From positions 1-64,000 of the forward strand of contig MQRK01186600.1 in the NCBI GenBank assembly GCA_001938485.1: 64,000 nucleotides of DNA. The letters are read 5' to 3'. Of the stretch, positions 62,673 through 64,000 are shown one piece after another. Position numbers and translations under genes: made by a program. Under the pieces are notes generated by a model. The model had not been told where the DNA came from. It ran no database searches and was given only the letters and a program-made list of their open reading frames with translations. The stretch's first letter is position 1. Each line of letters starts with the position of its first letter. Source of the stretch: Girardia tigrina. Taxonomy: Eukaryota.

Positions 62673-63893
62673 GGAGCCGTTAATAAATTATGTCACACTT
62701 TTGGGGGGAGGGGGGGTCTAGAAGTTTGTGACATTGTGTGACAACAGGGGTATGATAATTTGTGACGTCACAAAGATTTGCTAAGATAAAAATCAAGTTT
62801 TTCATGATTTAACTTTTTATTATTTTTGACTAAATTAGTGTATAATTAAATTAGTTCAATTGATTTTTGTAGCCTTATTTGCTTCTCAATCAAAATTAAA
62901 AATATTTAATATCGCTTATTTATATGATAATGTTTAAACTTCAAACTACATGAGAATTAAATTAAAAACAGAAATATATTAAAAAATCTGCAAGTTTTTA
63001 AATTGACTTTTAGAATTATTCTCTTTATACGTATTCCAAATTTTGTTGCATACGTTCTTGAATAATTCGTAAATTTTAGAATTATTTATTTTTGTAACGG
63101 TATTCATATTTTTGAATAATTTATTGAATTATTTATTGATCGAGAAAACAAAATTATTGAAAGGTAAATTTCTTAATTTTTTGTTTGATTCGTAACTCAA
63201 AGATCCTTATTTTTAAATAATGGAATAATTAAATAATCCTGCATAATGGAACCACGTAGAAGCTTCTTCAATTTTTTTCCTAATCATTTTTTTCCATCGT
63301 CTTCATCCATGCATTATAAACCAGAAATACAAATTGATAGTCCAGGAGGTAGTGAGTCAAAGTTTATGAATTTATTTCAAAATCAGGCATTTTCCAGTCA
63401 GAATATTCCTAACAATACGTATTGTCCGTTTATCATCCAAATTGTTTCAAGTCGAGTCTGTGTAAACTAATTTATATTGCGCTTCTTTAAAAATGTTGAA
63501 AATTCATCGCAAAAGAATCCATAATCGTATTATCATCCCTAAAAAGAAGCCAAAAAGTAATAGCAAAGCGAAAGAAAGAAATCTTTATTGAAATTGATGA
63601 AGATGTCGAAAGGACAAATGAAAAACATCTCGATGCTCAAGTAAATGAACCCGGAAACATTACTTTGATTAATATTGAAACACTTGAAAAAATATGGAAT
63701 TTTGAATAAAAATGATATTTATATACTAAAAAATGTGAATTATAGTCTTTTATCTTCATAAAAAAATTTAACGATTTTTTTGTGACGTCACAAGGGGGTC
63801 GGGTGGTTGAGATTTTGTGATACGTTGTAACAGAGCGGGGTAGGGGGTTAAAAAAAGTCATTTTTTCGTGTGACATAATTTATGAACGGCCTC
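62673..63893. mobile_element. Non-autonomous PIF/Harbinger- or Zator-type DNA transposon
   Basis: TTA TSD both sides; TIR G..GCCGTT.ATAAATTATGTCACAC; subterminal TTGTGACGTCACAA palindromes. Confidence 0.8.
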
Positions 63894-64000
63894 TTATATG
63901 GATTAGGATATTATATTTAGGTTTTTTTGAAAAACTCAGTAAAACAATTTCGACCATATAATATTTAACCACTCAACCCTCACATGAATATAAACTCACC

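Overview
AT-rich eukaryotic scaffold with five N gaps. It is almost certainly from an invertebrate animal, judged from a short 52-nt spliceosomal intron, TA/CA microsatellites and invertebrate-type transposon families; the species cannot be determined. Only one intact conserved gene is recognisable: eIF5A (minus strand, 2 exons, 156 aa), which has an atypical hypusine loop. Most of the rest is nested transposon debris: Tc1/mariner/IS630, pogo/Tigger, hAT, MULE, piggyBac-type and PIF/Zator-type MITEs, Helentron-like repeats, four relics of one Ty3/Gypsy lineage, an RTE-like LINE, a young NeSL/Utopia-type RLE retrotransposon and about six Penelope fragments. Five of the Penelope fragments carry minimal hammerhead ribozyme motifs with covarying stems. 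Between the transposons lie many short CpG/TCGA-rich islands. By eye these translate to decayed fragments of cell-surface protein domains: cadherin/protocadherin repeats (about ten fragments), Ig, FN3, LRR, a GPCR TM5-7 piece and an unassigned Cys-containing domain present twice. Several sit inside transposon termini. These domain assignments are manual motif matches at low identity and need HMM confirmation.
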